A stretch of 64,000 bases of DNA. It comes from Spirochaetia bacterium UBA2205 (lineage in GTDB: Bacteria > Spirochaetota > UBA4802 > UB4802). This document shows, one piece after another, positions 29,051 through 39,551 of the stretch. A program made the position numbers and the translations under genes. How positions within the stretch are numbered: position 1 is the stretch's first letter; the number at the start of each line of letters is the position of its first letter. The notes beneath the pieces are model-generated. The model was not told the DNA's origin. It searched no databases and worked only from the letters and a program-made list of their open reading frames with translations. The stretch lies in NCBI GenBank assembly GCA_002328585.1, contig DCUV01000057.1, positions 7,679 to 71,678 of the forward strand. The letters run 5' to 3'.

Positions 29051-30502
29051 ATGGACAACAATGATAGGTCACTTTCCATCTTTGGGAATCCCATCCCCGA
29101 ACACACTTATAATAAAGCAATGAAACAAAAAGCACGCTTTGCAAAAAAATTTGGCTATAACCCTGAAGATAGCTATGAACTCCAGGCACAACCCAATCCT
29201 ATCTTAAAAAAATATTGTAATCTATACACTGTTTCACAGGAAAAAGGTGCTGAAATAGCAAAATCAAAATCTATTATTATTGGTACCATACGCATGGGTT
29301 ATGGTCATTATCGTATTGCTATGGCAATTGCTTCAGCAGCACATTCAATGGGGATTGTTCCGTACTGGTTTGATCTTTTATCATTTGATACAGCCGGTGC
29401 AAAAATCATCAAACATATGGATAAGTTGTATTCATTGGGTTCACGCTTATCACAGCAATTTTATCTTTTTAACAAGTTATACTGGGAGCATCTTACTGCT
29501 ATTGGATTTAAAAAGCTAACTTATAATGCTACTGATCAGGCAATGACTCAGCTATTTGCCAATATATACCGCAATCTGCCACAATCTGTACCATTTGTTG
29601 CAACGCATGCATGGGCATCGCAGGCTGCTGTCCATGCCGGTACAAAAAAAGTCATTAATATGATCCCCGATAATTGGCCTCTTGCACTTCATCTTTCCGA
29701 AGGTGCCATCCATACAGTGCAAACTCCATCAGCATATTTTGGCTATCGCACCTTAAAAAATATGGGTAAAAAAAATCAAATACTCAATCCAATGCCAAAA
29801 GATGATATTTATTACACCGGTCACTACGTTGATCATGAACTTGTTGCAAATATTGAAAAGGATTGCAATGCTCGTTTAAACAGGTTTAATAATAAAAAGC
29901 CGCGACGATTTTTATTAAGCATTGGAGGAGCCGGCGCTCAGCAAAAATTATGCATGGATATTATCATGCACTGCATTCCACTTCTTGAAAATGAAAAATT
30001 AACACTCATCATCAATACCGGTGATCACAAAGCTATTTTTGATATGATAGTTAATACCAGATTTAGTTCCAGAGTTCCAATGACTACCTATACGCAATGG
30101 GTGGATACTGAAAAACTGGCAAATACCTTAACCACAAAGGATTTACCTGGATTGCACATTGTACATAATGAAGATATTTTTTCAGCCGTTTATGCCACCA
30201 ACATACTGATGAGGGTAAGCGATTGCCTTATAACCAAGCCGGGTGAGCTGGCATTCTATCCTGTTCCCAAGCTGTTTGTTGCCCGTGTAGGCGGGCATGA
30301 AATGTGGGGAGCAATACGAGGCGCTGAAATTGGCGATAGTACTGTAGAATGTGAAACGATTCAACACACATTGCAGGCAATGGATTTATTAATCTATGAT
30401 GATGATTTACTGACACTTTATTGCAATAATATCATCAAAGCAAAAAGTATTGGTATTTACAATGGCGCTTACGAGGTAATTAAATTAGCTATTGGAAAAT
30501 AA
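29051..30502 (+). CDS. GT-B fold glycosyltransferase-like protein (MGDG synthase/UgtP-like)
   Basis: MGYGH, ATH, SIGGAG, LITKPGE, GGHE correspond to GT28 signature positions. Confidence 0.6.
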   Translation: MDNNDRSLSIFGNPIPEHTYNKAMKQKARFAKKFGYNPEDSYELQAQPNPILKKYCNLYTVSQEKGAEIAKSKSIIIGTIRMGYGHYRIAMAIASAAHSMGIVPYWFDLLSFDTAGAKIIKHMDKLYSLGSRLSQQFYLFNKLYWEHLTAIGFKKLTYNATDQAMTQLFANIYRNLPQSVPFVATHAWASQAAVHAGTKKVINMIPDNWPLALHLSEGAIHTVQTPSAYFGYRTLKNMGKKNQILNPMPKDDIYYTGHYVDHELVANIEKDCNARLNRFNNKKPRRFLLSIGGAGAQQKLCMDIIMHCIPLLENEKLTLIINTGDHKAIFDMIVNTRFSSRVPMTTYTQWVDTEKLANTLTTKDLPGLHIVHNEDIFSAVYATNILMRVSDCLITKPGELAFYPVPKLFVARVGGHEMWGAIRGAEIGDSTVECETIQHTLQAMDLLIYDDDLLTLYCNNIIKAKSIGIYNGAYEVIKLAIGK

Positions 30503-30519
30503 ACAATAAAATATATAGT

Positions 30520-30554
30520 ACAGTTGCAGGATTAATTTACAATCCTGCAACTGT
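30520..30554. terminator. Hairpin terminator between convergent genes
   Basis: ACAGTTGCAGGATT-N7-AATCCTGCAACTGT (14-bp stem). Confidence 0.75.
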
Positions 30555-30563
30555 TTATGGTAA

Positions 30564-31358
30564 TTACATACCGGGAATAGAGGTAAATACTCCTCTCGGG
30601 TCTACATCATTTCGTATTATTTCCAGAATTTCTTTTGATGGAACTTCGGTTACCGGTATGTCACCTGCTGGTTTAACAAGCTCAAATCCACATGCAAGCT
30701 GACATAAATCAAAAGAAACACCAGGATGTAATGATTTTACACGCATTCGCTTGGTTTCCGGTTCAAAATCAAACACTGCCGCCTGTGTAACTACTGTTAC
30801 AGGACCTTTGCCCAGTAAACCTGCTTTCTGCCTGCTATCACCACCATCAACAAACCCTGGTGAAGTAATAAAATCAACCCTTGGAACAAATTTTTGAGGT
30901 GACTGCAATCCAACAAGAATCATGACTTCAGATAGCGAAGAAAGATCATTATTGCCACCTGAACCTGTTAACCTATGATCAGGTTTTAAGAAATCTTTCC
31001 CAATCATATGAGTATTAACATTGCCATACATATCTATCTGCGCAAAGCCTAAAAATGCCTTGTCAACATAACCATTATAAATCTGACCAAATGAATATGA
31101 CATCTCTAATATTAAGGGTGATTTACGCCATGTTGCAGGACCACCTACCGACCATGGCATGCCACCTTCCATTGGATCCTGAGCACCCGATTCATAAACA
31201 AGTACTATATTGGGAGCATGAGTTTTGCGTGCCAGAATACCCGCTACCATTGGTAATCCAGTTCCAATATAAACAACTTCATGATCCTTAATCTCTTTTG
31301 CTAATACATATGCTAACAATTCCAACGGATTCATTGGTTTATCTGATCTATTACCCAT
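30564..31358 (-). CDS. gctB: Family I CoA-transferase beta subunit (glutaconate CoA-transferase-like)
   Basis: IGTGLP, LVYESG (catalytic Glu), FLG.AQID.YGN.N, L.GSGG.ND, VDFITSPG. Confidence 0.85.
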   Translation of the reverse strand: MGNRSDKPMNPLELLAYVLAKEIKDHEVVYIGTGLPMVAGILARKTHAPNIVLVYESGAQDPMEGGMPWSVGGPATWRKSPLILEMSYSFGQIYNGYVDKAFLGFAQIDMYGNVNTHMIGKDFLKPDHRLTGSGGNNDLSSLSEVMILVGLQSPQKFVPRVDFITSPGFVDGGDSRQKAGLLGKGPVTVVTQAAVFDFEPETKRMRVKSLHPGVSFDLCQLACGFELVKPAGDIPVTEVPSKEILEIIRNDVDPRGVFTSIPGM

Positions 31359-31406
31359 AATTCCTCCTTATGTTCAAATAGTAATAGTTTATAGTTATTA
31401 TACATT

Positions 31407-32516
31407 TTAATAAAATTTCATCGTGGTGATATCTTCTGGCCAATCACCCTGAAATTCATCGTAATTGAAATCAACACCTGCATCTTCATTATCATATTCT
31501 TCGGCTTTGGTTAATCTTCGTGATTCAGCAATCCACTTTGATCCACCTAACTTTTCAATAAATTCGTATTGATCTTTAACGCCGAATACCCAGTATTCAA
31601 GAAATTTCTTGAAATTTTCATCTGACTTCATTCCAAACCTGAAAGCCATTTCCCACCACTGCCTTGCCCAGTAATAGCATCCTGGCATCTGTCCGGGAAC
31701 AGCACCATACGGTAGTTCAACTACTGCATCAACATACATCGCAGGGATAGATACACCCTTATTATTATTCCTGATATCACTTTCCGGAACTATCTCTTCA
31801 GCGGTAATTATAAGCTTGCGAGTAGCGCCTGCCATTGCGATGTCGTTTATTGCCGGACCAAAGAATCGTGCATTCCCTTTTTTATCTGATGCATGTACAT
31901 GTATAATAGATACATCAGGGTATATTGCAGGAATATACGCAACAGGGTCGGGGTCACTGCGCATTGGATTCTGCATAACTTTTACATAGGGATTATATTT
32001 TATCATATCAGAGCCTAGAAGCTGTTTGCTGAAAACGCCCGGCAATCCTAATTGCGCTGCTTTAAATCCTTGAGCCATCGTGCCATGGCTCCATTCAGAT
32101 AAAATTGTGACCTTACCCGCCTTTAACTGCCGTGTGTAATTTCTGTCAATCCCCCTCATCTCAGCACCAAGATACGAGTTATGCGAATACCGTGCGCATC
32201 CTGCATTAATCATGTACGTGTGATTGGTATTGGGTGAACTACAAAACTGCAAATTCTTCTTTTGCTGACGTATAACCTCAAAATATGATTGGATTGAGGT
32301 TCGTACATAACAGAAACCACCATCGGTCATGATATCATTATCATGTACATACTCTGCAACAGCCTCTTTCAATGACATCCTCTTATCTTTGCGTGATCGG
32401 TCCTTGCTTAGATGCCATTTCCGAGCATGCTCAAAATCTATCAGCCTCTCAAGAACAGAGGTGTCAGTAATTTTGAGATTTTTAACTGCTTCTTCATTAA
32501 AGCTAAATTTTCCCAT
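31407..32516 (-). CDS. gctA: Family I CoA-transferase alpha subunit
   Basis: K.MSL.EAV, GGF, A..GLP, LLGSD, PA..PDV..IH, D..GN, IITAEEIV, VDAVV..PYGA.P. Confidence 0.85.
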   Translation of the reverse strand: MGKFSFNEEAVKNLKITDTSVLERLIDFEHARKWHLSKDRSRKDKRMSLKEAVAEYVHDNDIMTDGGFCYVRTSIQSYFEVIRQQKKNLQFCSSPNTNHTYMINAGCARYSHNSYLGAEMRGIDRNYTRQLKAGKVTILSEWSHGTMAQGFKAAQLGLPGVFSKQLLGSDMIKYNPYVKVMQNPMRSDPDPVAYIPAIYPDVSIIHVHASDKKGNARFFGPAINDIAMAGATRKLIITAEEIVPESDIRNNNKGVSIPAMYVDAVVELPYGAVPGQMPGCYYWARQWWEMAFRFGMKSDENFKKFLEYWVFGVKDQYEFIEKLGGSKWIAESRRLTKAEEYDNEDAGVDFNYDEFQGDWPEDITTMKFY

Positions 32517-32834
32517 TTACATCCTCCTGCAAATATAAAGTATTTCAAAAAGCCGTTATATATCAATAATTATAACATACAATTTTATATATTACTAAAT
32601 TTTCTATGCATTAAATAATTATATGTTATTTATTATTATTATTTAGAATATATTAATTTGTAATTATTATTTTATATAAATTTTGTCAACAGTTTTGTGC
32701 ATAAAATATTGACATATAATTGTAATATGTATGTCATAGTAAATATTATAACATCAGGAATTTATGTTGTCTTTTATTTTATGTAATTATTAGTATATTT
32801 GTTTATATTATATATTTTATATTTCACACGATTA

Positions 32835-33647
32835 TTATTCTTTAATTCTTTCCCGGCGAGAAAGTATTGTATCGGGATCTATCTCACCAACATGTTCTAC
32901 AATATAGTCCGGTTGATAGGGGAACCTATCCACCATTGCCAGTGTTGTAACACCCGACAGCACAAGCACGCATGTCATACCAGCCTCAGAACCGCCTAAA
33001 ATATCAGTGTCCATTCTATCTCCAATCATGAAACAGTTTGCTGAGTGAACATTTAATTTTTTACGTGCCCAGTACATCATTGCAGGATTAGGCTTCCCTA
33101 AAAAGTATGGCGTTACAGCGGTTACTTTTTCTACTGGTGCAACAAGAGCTCCGCATGCTGGTACAGGACCCCTGTCAGTTGGTCCGGTTAAATCAGGATT
33201 TGTTGCAATAAACTTTGCTCCTTCCTGAATAAGATAGGTTGCTTCAATAATACGAGAATAATCATATTCTTCCGTTTCGCCAATAATAACATAATCAGGA
33301 TTTTTATACGAAATGACAATACCATTTTTTTCCAATTCCTGAATTAATCCTCTGCCACCAATAACATATGCTGAGCAGCCAGGCTTTTGATATACCAGAA
33401 AGCTTGCTGTAGCCATAGCAGAGGTATAAAATCGTGATTCATCAACATCAAGCCCCAATGTAAAAAATCTTTCGGATAACTCTTTAGGTGTATAATATGA
33501 ATTATTGGTGAGGAATAAAAACGGAAAATTACCTTTTTGAAGATTGCCAATAAAATCTTTTGCTCCGGATATTAAAGAATTACCTCGTACAATAACACCG
33601 TCAATATCAATTAAAAACGACTTTTGATAACCTCTATCTGCCTTCAT
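32835..33647 (-). CDS. HAD-IIA (NagD-like) phosphatase
   Basis: DIDGV, LTNNS, IATNPD, GKP, MIGDRMDTDI, LVLSG. Confidence 0.92.
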   Translation of the reverse strand: MKADRGYQKSFLIDIDGVIVRGNSLISGAKDFIGNLQKGNFPFLFLTNNSYYTPKELSERFFTLGLDVDESRFYTSAMATASFLVYQKPGCSAYVIGGRGLIQELEKNGIVISYKNPDYVIIGETEEYDYSRIIEATYLIQEGAKFIATNPDLTGPTDRGPVPACGALVAPVEKVTAVTPYFLGKPNPAMMYWARKKLNVHSANCFMIGDRMDTDILGGSEAGMTCVLVLSGVTTLAMVDRFPYQPDYIVEHVGEIDPDTILSRRERIKE

Positions 33648-33655
33648 ACAGTACC

Positions 33656-34495
33656 TTAACGTAATACCTGTAAAAATTGCCGACCGATTTCAAATGGTAT
33701 GGGCTTACCATCTGCATAGTATCCTATTATTTCCTGTTTATCACCATGGAAATCACTGCCACCTGAAATAAGCAAAGAATATTTTTTTGCAATAGCTAAA
33801 AATTGCTCTACATCGTCATCGCTATGCATTGCTGAATATACCTCTATCCCCTGAATACCCCCATCAAAAAAATCTTTTATCAGGCTTTCACCTTCAGCCC
33901 ATGAACCAAAACCTAACGAAATGGGATGAGCAACAATGGGAATGCCGCCACTATCTTTTATAAGTTGTACTGCTTTATGAAATGTTATCTTATCTTTTTT
34001 AACATAACCAGGCTTCCCTTTCACCATGAAATTAACAAAAACATCTTTAATATCTGAAGCGTATCTTTTCTTGACCAGTACCCGCGCTACATGCGGTCGT
34101 CCCGGTGAGTTGCCAACGGCTTCCTGTTCCACCTCCTTATCAGTAATATCTATCCCATGTACCTGCAAGTCTTTTATTATTTTGTATATCCTGTCTTTTC
34201 GTAACTTTTGCAGGTGCGACAGTTCCCTGTTTAACTCTTCGTTGGTATGATCAATTCCCATCCCAACAAGATGAAATGATCCATGAGGATACTCAATGCT
34301 GAATTCGATCCCCGGTAATAGCGTAAACGATTTCTGGTGTGCATAATAAAGTGCCTCATCAAGTCCATCGATGGTATCATGGTCAGTTATTGCAAGGATT
34401 TTGACACCATGTTCAATAGCATAATCAATAATCGCCCATGGTTTATATATGCCATCGCTTGCAGTAGTGTGGCAATGCAGATCAATAAGCTCCAT
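33656..34495 (-). CDS. PHP-domain phosphoesterase (YciV/TrpH-like)
   Basis: DLHCHTTASDG, AITDHD, GIE.S, GRPH, AHP, GGSDFHG. Confidence 0.92.
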   Translation of the reverse strand: MELIDLHCHTTASDGIYKPWAIIDYAIEHGVKILAITDHDTIDGLDEALYYAHQKSFTLLPGIEFSIEYPHGSFHLVGMGIDHTNEELNRELSHLQKLRKDRIYKIIKDLQVHGIDITDKEVEQEAVGNSPGRPHVARVLVKKRYASDIKDVFVNFMVKGKPGYVKKDKITFHKAVQLIKDSGGIPIVAHPISLGFGSWAEGESLIKDFFDGGIQGIEVYSAMHSDDDVEQFLAIAKKYSLLISGGSDFHGDKQEIIGYYADGKPIPFEIGRQFLQVLR

Positions 34496-34578
34496 TCATC
34501 ATATCCTTTTATAGGTGTAATGATATATAATAGCACAGAAGAAAAATATTGCAATCATTATTGATTATCAAATAACTG

Positions 34579-35343
34579 TTACACCGTAAACTCAGAGCAT
34601 GGCAGCGGAGATGTTACATGTAATAACCGTTTAAGAGATAGAGCATTAAACACCGCATACGCATTGACATCATTATCAAAATAACAATAAGTGATTTTAT
34701 CCCATGCAATAATCTTATTTGCCCACTCTTCAAGCTCCTGCATGGTGTATTCTGATGCATATAGTTTTTTTGAACCATGCAAACGAATGTAGACAAAATT
34801 GGCTGTAACCACCTCATGGTAAGGGTATCGTGAGGCAGTATCCGCAATGCACCATGCAATATTATGCTGTTGTAACAATGAAAAACAACTATCGCACAAC
34901 CATGAGCCGTGGCGTGCTTCAATAGCATAGCGATAGTTACGGGGAAGAAGCAATAGAAAATCACCAGCAAGTTGTTCATCAAACTTCAGTGATGGTGGTA
35001 ATTGTATAACAATAACACCTAATTTATCCTTCAACAATGATGCTGAAGTAACACAGCGCTGTATTGCATCTTCACCATGCAAAAGCCTTTTTACATGAGT
35101 AATATATCGCGACAATTTAAGGCTATAGCAAAATTCATTGTTCACCCTGTTATACCAGCTGGTATAGGTTGCATCCTTAAATTGCCGGTAGAAGGTAGCA
35201 TTAATCTCAACAGTAGTAAAGATGGATGCATAGTATTGCAGCCACCTGTATTGTGGAATAGTTTCAGGATAAAACAATCCCTTCCAGTGTTTATAGTTCC
35301 ACCCCGAGCAACCGATATAATATTGTTTGTTCCCTGTTATCAT
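34579..35343 (-). CDS. DUF72-family protein
   Basis: IGCSGW.Y.HW, VEINATFY, ITH, QLPPS, E.RH.SW, YIRLHG, YFDND..A.A..NA. Confidence 0.92.
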   Translation of the reverse strand: MITGNKQYYIGCSGWNYKHWKGLFYPETIPQYRWLQYYASIFTTVEINATFYRQFKDATYTSWYNRVNNEFCYSLKLSRYITHVKRLLHGEDAIQRCVTSASLLKDKLGVIVIQLPPSLKFDEQLAGDFLLLLPRNYRYAIEARHGSWLCDSCFSLLQQHNIAWCIADTASRYPYHEVVTANFVYIRLHGSKKLYASEYTMQELEEWANKIIAWDKITYCYFDNDVNAYAVFNALSLKRLLHVTSPLPCSEFTV

Positions 35344-35450
35344 TGTACAGGTGCCCCGTTAAAAAACATCACACCATTGATAATATAATCTATAAAGCAA
35401 AAATAGTATATACAATGTCATGGATTATTCAACAAAATTCTATGCAACAT

Positions 35451-35610
35451 TGTCATTATTAAGGCTCTGACCCCATTTTTTATGTCACCCCTACGGAGTT
35501 AAACTGCAAAAACTGTTATGCAGAATACAAACCTGCTTTTTGCTCATAAACTCCTCCACACAATTCCCACCATTTATAAATGTGGGAATACAAGGAAGGT
35601 TATATATTGT
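35451..35610 (-). repeat. Dispersed element, copy 2 (inverted relative to 12961-13069), with 39-bp insertion
   Basis: Reverse complement aligns to copy 1; extra segment 35482-35520 contains TGTCACCCCTACGGAGTT. Confidence 0.85.
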
Positions 35611-35751
35611 ACAATTGTACAATTCACGGTGTGAATTGTTAGATGTGAGATGTAAGTCAATTAATAGACAATATTGGCACTATAATGTCTTGACAAAATG
35701 GATATACTGCTCACTACAGTATGTAAAATCTTTATACATTGCGATATTGGT

Positions 35752-37428
35752 ATGGAAATTCCACAGTCAACAAATTTTATTGAAGAGATCATAAACGAAG
35801 ACCTAAAAAATAATGTCTGCACAGGTGTCATTACACGATTCCCGCCGGAGCCAAATGGTTATTTACACATTGGACATGCAAAATCAATATGCCTTAACTT
35901 TGGTATTGCTATAAAATATAATGGCAGATGCAACCTGCGTCTTGATGATACCAATCCCGAGAAGGAAGATGTTGAATATGTTGAATCCATTAAGCATGAT
36001 ATTCAGTGGTTGGGATTTAACTGGGATGGTGAGGTGCGCCATGCTTCAGATTATTTTCAACAGCTTTACCTGTGGGCGATAGTTTTAATAAAATTAAATA
36101 AAGCTTATGTTTGTGATATGAGTGCCGAAGAGATTGCAGCCACGCGAGGAACGCCTTCGCAACCGGGAAAAGAAAGCCCTTACCGCAATCGCAGTGTTGA
36201 GGAAAATCTGGATTTATTTGAGCGCATGAAAAATGGTGAATTTCCAGATGGATCAAAAACACTGCGTGCAAAGATAGATATATCTTCACCTAACATGCAC
36301 ATGCGCGACCCGGTGATGTACCGTATAAAACATGCAACCCATCATCGCACCGGTGATACATGGTGCATATACCCCACTTATGACTGGGCTCATGGGCAAT
36401 CGGATTACATTGAAGGCATCACTCATTCAATATGTACATTAGAGTTTGAAGTTCATCGTCCATTATATGATTGGTTTTTAGATCAGATAGCATCCGGACA
36501 GCGTCCCCGACAGATTGAGTTTGCACGTCTTAATCTAAGCTATACCGTCATGAGCAAACGTATGTTGTTAAAGTTAGTACAGGAAGGGTACGTTTCAGGA
36601 TGGGATGACCCACGAATGCCAACCATTGCCGGATTGCGCCGACGTGGGTATACACCTGATTCTATAAAAATTTTTGCAAGAACAGTTGGTGTTGCTAAGA
36701 AAGATAGCATGGTTGATATAGCCCTTTTAGAACACTGCATCCGCGAAGACCTTAATACAAAAGCAAACCGGGTAATGTGTGTACTTAATCCATTGAAGGT
36801 AATTATTACAAATTATCCGGAAAACAAGGTGGAATATGTTGAAGGCATCAATAACCCTGAAAACCAGGATGCAGGTATACGAAAAATTCCATTTTCAAGG
36901 ATTATCTACATTGAACGTGATGATTTTATGGAAAATCCTCCAAAGAAATTTTTTAGATTATCACCGGGAAGCGAAGTTCGTTTGCGCTATACCTATTTTA
37001 TACAATGTACTGATGTTATAAAGGATACCAGCGGCAATATTATTGAGCTCCATTGCACCTATGACCCACAAACAAAGGATGGCTATGCTCCCGATGGCAG
37101 AAAGGTAAAAGGAACCATACACTGGGTCAGCGCCCAACACTCTCTGCCAGTTTTAGTGCACCTGTACGATAGATTATTTACCAGAGAGGACCCATCGCAG
37201 GTTGACGAGGGCAACGACTTTACTGATTATATTAATCCTGATTCATTGAAGACTGTTCATGGCGTTATAGAACCATCTGTTTCTAATGCTAAAGCTTTTA
37301 CCAATTTTCAGTTTGAACGCCTGGGTTATTTTACTGTTGACCCTGACTCGCATAATAACAATGTAATATTCAATAGAACAGTTACATTAAAGGATACATG
37401 GGCAAAAATAGTACAAAAAGAAGGGTGA
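35752..37428 (+). CDS. glnS: Glutamine--tRNA ligase
   Basis: [49 protein letters not shown]; start placed at ATG 35752. Confidence 0.96.
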   Translation: MEIPQSTNFIEEIINEDLKNNVCTGVITRFPPEPNGYLHIGHAKSICLNFGIAIKYNGRCNLRLDDTNPEKEDVEYVESIKHDIQWLGFNWDGEVRHASDYFQQLYLWAIVLIKLNKAYVCDMSAEEIAATRGTPSQPGKESPYRNRSVEENLDLFERMKNGEFPDGSKTLRAKIDISSPNMHMRDPVMYRIKHATHHRTGDTWCIYPTYDWAHGQSDYIEGITHSICTLEFEVHRPLYDWFLDQIASGQRPRQIEFARLNLSYTVMSKRMLLKLVQEGYVSGWDDPRMPTIAGLRRRGYTPDSIKIFARTVGVAKKDSMVDIALLEHCIREDLNTKANRVMCVLNPLKVIITNYPENKVEYVEGINNPENQDAGIRKIPFSRIIYIERDDFMENPPKKFFRLSPGSEVRLRYTYFIQCTDVIKDTSGNIIELHCTYDPQTKDGYAPDGRKVKGTIHWVSAQHSLPVLVHLYDRLFTREDPSQVDEGNDFTDYINPDSLKTVHGVIEPSVSNAKAFTNFQFERLGYFTVDPDSHNNNVIFNRTVTLKDTWAKIVQKEG

Positions 37429-37499
37429 TTGTTTCAAAAGTATTGACAAAATTTTTATCAGAATAAACATTGTGCTATAAAGGTGTTATGGTGTTGTTT

Positions 37500-37572
37500 T
37501 GCCCGGTGGTGTAATTGGCAACACATCTGACTCTGGATCAGAGAAGTCCAGGTTCGAGTCCTGGCCGGGCAG
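37500..37572 (+). tRNA. tRNA-Gln (anticodon CTG); CCA not encoded
   Basis: Acceptor TGCCCGG/CCGGGCA plus G73; D arm GTGT-AATTGGCA-ACAC; anticodon arm TCTGA-CTCTGGA-TCAGA; T arm CCAGG-TTCGAGT-CCTGG. Confidence 0.97.
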
Positions 37573-37639
37573 ATTCCCATTATAAAGATACTTCAATTAT
37601 AAGTTATATAAGTTACATTTTCCCAACATATCAATTGCC

Positions 37640-38884
37640 ATGTATACTATTGCTCTTATTATCTTCATTATAACGTATTTAGGGATAATGCTAACCAGCC
37701 TGCCAGGCGTTAACATTGACAGGCCATCAGCAGCTTACTTTGGTGCAATTGCAATGATTGCTGCAGGTGTTCTTTCTTTTGAAGAGGCAATTGCCGCTAT
37801 AGATTTTAATACCATAGCACTGCTTTTAGGAATGATGATTGTTATAGCAACTCTTGAACTGGATGGATTTTTTGCCTTTGTTGCTCATAAAACAATTACT
37901 TTTTCCAAAACGCCATCACAATTATTATGGATAATAACATTTACTACCGGTATTGCCAGTGCATTTCTGGTTAATGATGCTGTCGTTTTAATGTTTACTC
38001 CTGTTATCATCTCAATATGCCGTCAGGCACAATTAGATTCTAAACCTTATTTAATAGCTGAAATTTTAGCATCCAATATTGGAAGTTCAATGACCATTAC
38101 CGGGAATCCGCAAAATATGCTGATTGGTATTTATTCAAAGATTCCCTATATATATTTTCTACTGCATCTGTTCCCTATTGCTATACTCGGCATGGTAATT
38201 ATTATTATTGTTATTAAGCGGATATATTCGCAAACCTTTGATGCACCATTACTATTGCACTACAATGGAAATGAATATGATTACAACCTTAGTTCTATGA
38301 TCTTTTCTGTACCAATTTTTTTTATTATGACTATACTTTTCCTTTTTCATCATATGCTTCATTTGTCAATACCTCTTATTGCTTTGATTGGAAGTTCTTT
38401 TATTCTTTTATTAGGGAAAATAAAGCCTTCAAAAATTATAAAAGAAATTGATTGGGTGTTACTGTTATTTTTTGCTTCACTATTTATTGTCGTAAAAGGT
38501 GCTGAAAAAGCAGGGATATTGAATATATTGATGCATTACTCACAGCTTAATAATACTTTTTATAGTATTATTGTATTACATGGAATAAGTCTTATCTCTT
38601 CCCAGATAATCAGCAATGTGCCCTTTGTCATTCTTCTAGTTCCAATACTGAAACAAAACAACAGCAAACTGCTATGGCTGGCATTGGCTTCATCATCAAC
38701 ATTAGCAGGTAATGCTACAATAATTGGTGCCATGGCTAATCTTATTGTTCTGGAATTAGCAGCAAGATCAGGTATCAAAATAAGCTTTATAGAATTTTTA
38801 AAACCTGGATTAATTGTTACAATAATAACATTGTTAATGTCAATTGCGCTATTATATCTTCAACTGAACTTTCAGTTGCTATAA
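37640..38884 (+). CDS. ArsB/NhaD/CitM-like anion permease
   Basis: About 11-12 TMs; SAFLVND, ASNIGS..T.TGNPQN, ISNVP, STLAGN.T..G..ANL. Confidence 0.88.
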   Translation: MYTIALIIFIITYLGIMLTSLPGVNIDRPSAAYFGAIAMIAAGVLSFEEAIAAIDFNTIALLLGMMIVIATLELDGFFAFVAHKTITFSKTPSQLLWIITFTTGIASAFLVNDAVVLMFTPVIISICRQAQLDSKPYLIAEILASNIGSSMTITGNPQNMLIGIYSKIPYIYFLLHLFPIAILGMVIIIIVIKRIYSQTFDAPLLLHYNGNEYDYNLSSMIFSVPIFFIMTILFLFHHMLHLSIPLIALIGSSFILLLGKIKPSKIIKEIDWVLLLFFASLFIVVKGAEKAGILNILMHYSQLNNTFYSIIVLHGISLISSQIISNVPFVILLVPILKQNNSKLLWLALASSSTLAGNATIIGAMANLIVLELAARSGIKISFIEFLKPGLIVTIITLLMSIALLYLQLNFQLL

Positions 38885-39197
38885 ATTTCATTGTATCAAT
38901 TACCACGTTTATATCATACGGGGAAATCAAAACAAAATTGTAAATACCCGTGTGATTACAAAATATTTGATAAGCTGCTTGTTATCTTTTGTTTTTAAAC
39001 ATATAAAAAAATGAAAAAAACACTATTGATAGCTACTCATAAATACATGCAAGGGTAAGTGGTACATAATTATTTTAATTATTTGTTGACATCTTTCAAT
39101 AAATAAATTATTATTATGAGTAATTATACCAGTGATTTGTTATTACCTTTCACAACAAATTATTGTATATCAGGATACACTATTAATATTTTAATTG

Positions 39198-39551
39198 ATG
39201 AGTAATTGCATGCAAATTGATGTTCATAAAGAAGGTCCACTATTAATACTTACCTTAAACGGACGCTATGATATCTCAAAGATTCATAATTTTGAAACTA
39301 TATACCGACAACATTTAGAAGATAATCCAAAAATCATAGCACTTAATTTACGGGATCTAAAATATATTGATTCATCTGGTATTGGTTCATTGGTACGCTG
39401 TATGAACCTTGCATTGAAAAACAATATTGAATTTATTTGTTATGACATCAATGAAAATGTTGAAAGCATTTTTAAAATAGCAAAACTTGATCAATTTATA
39501 TCCATATTAACTCATGACGAGTTTATACAAAAATATATCAAAAAGCAATAA
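39198..39551 (+). CDS. STAS-domain anti-sigma-factor antagonist
   Basis: L.GRYD, YIDSSGIG.L, F.IAKLD; upstream TTGACA-N17-TATTAT promoter at ~39086-39114. Confidence 0.88.
   Translation: MSNCMQIDVHKEGPLLILTLNGRYDISKIHNFETIYRQHLEDNPKIIALNLRDLKYIDSSGIGSLVRCMNLALKNNIEFICYDINENVESIFKIAKLDQFISILTHDEFIQKYIKKQ

Noticed and set aside
32530-32830. Extremely AT-rich tract as replication origin
   Set aside because: No DnaA-box cluster or dnaA/parAB context seen; consistent with the CoA-transferase promoter region
37500-38884. Genomic island integrated at tRNA-Gln
   Set aside because: No integrase, and no duplicated tRNA 3' end noticed downstream in the window
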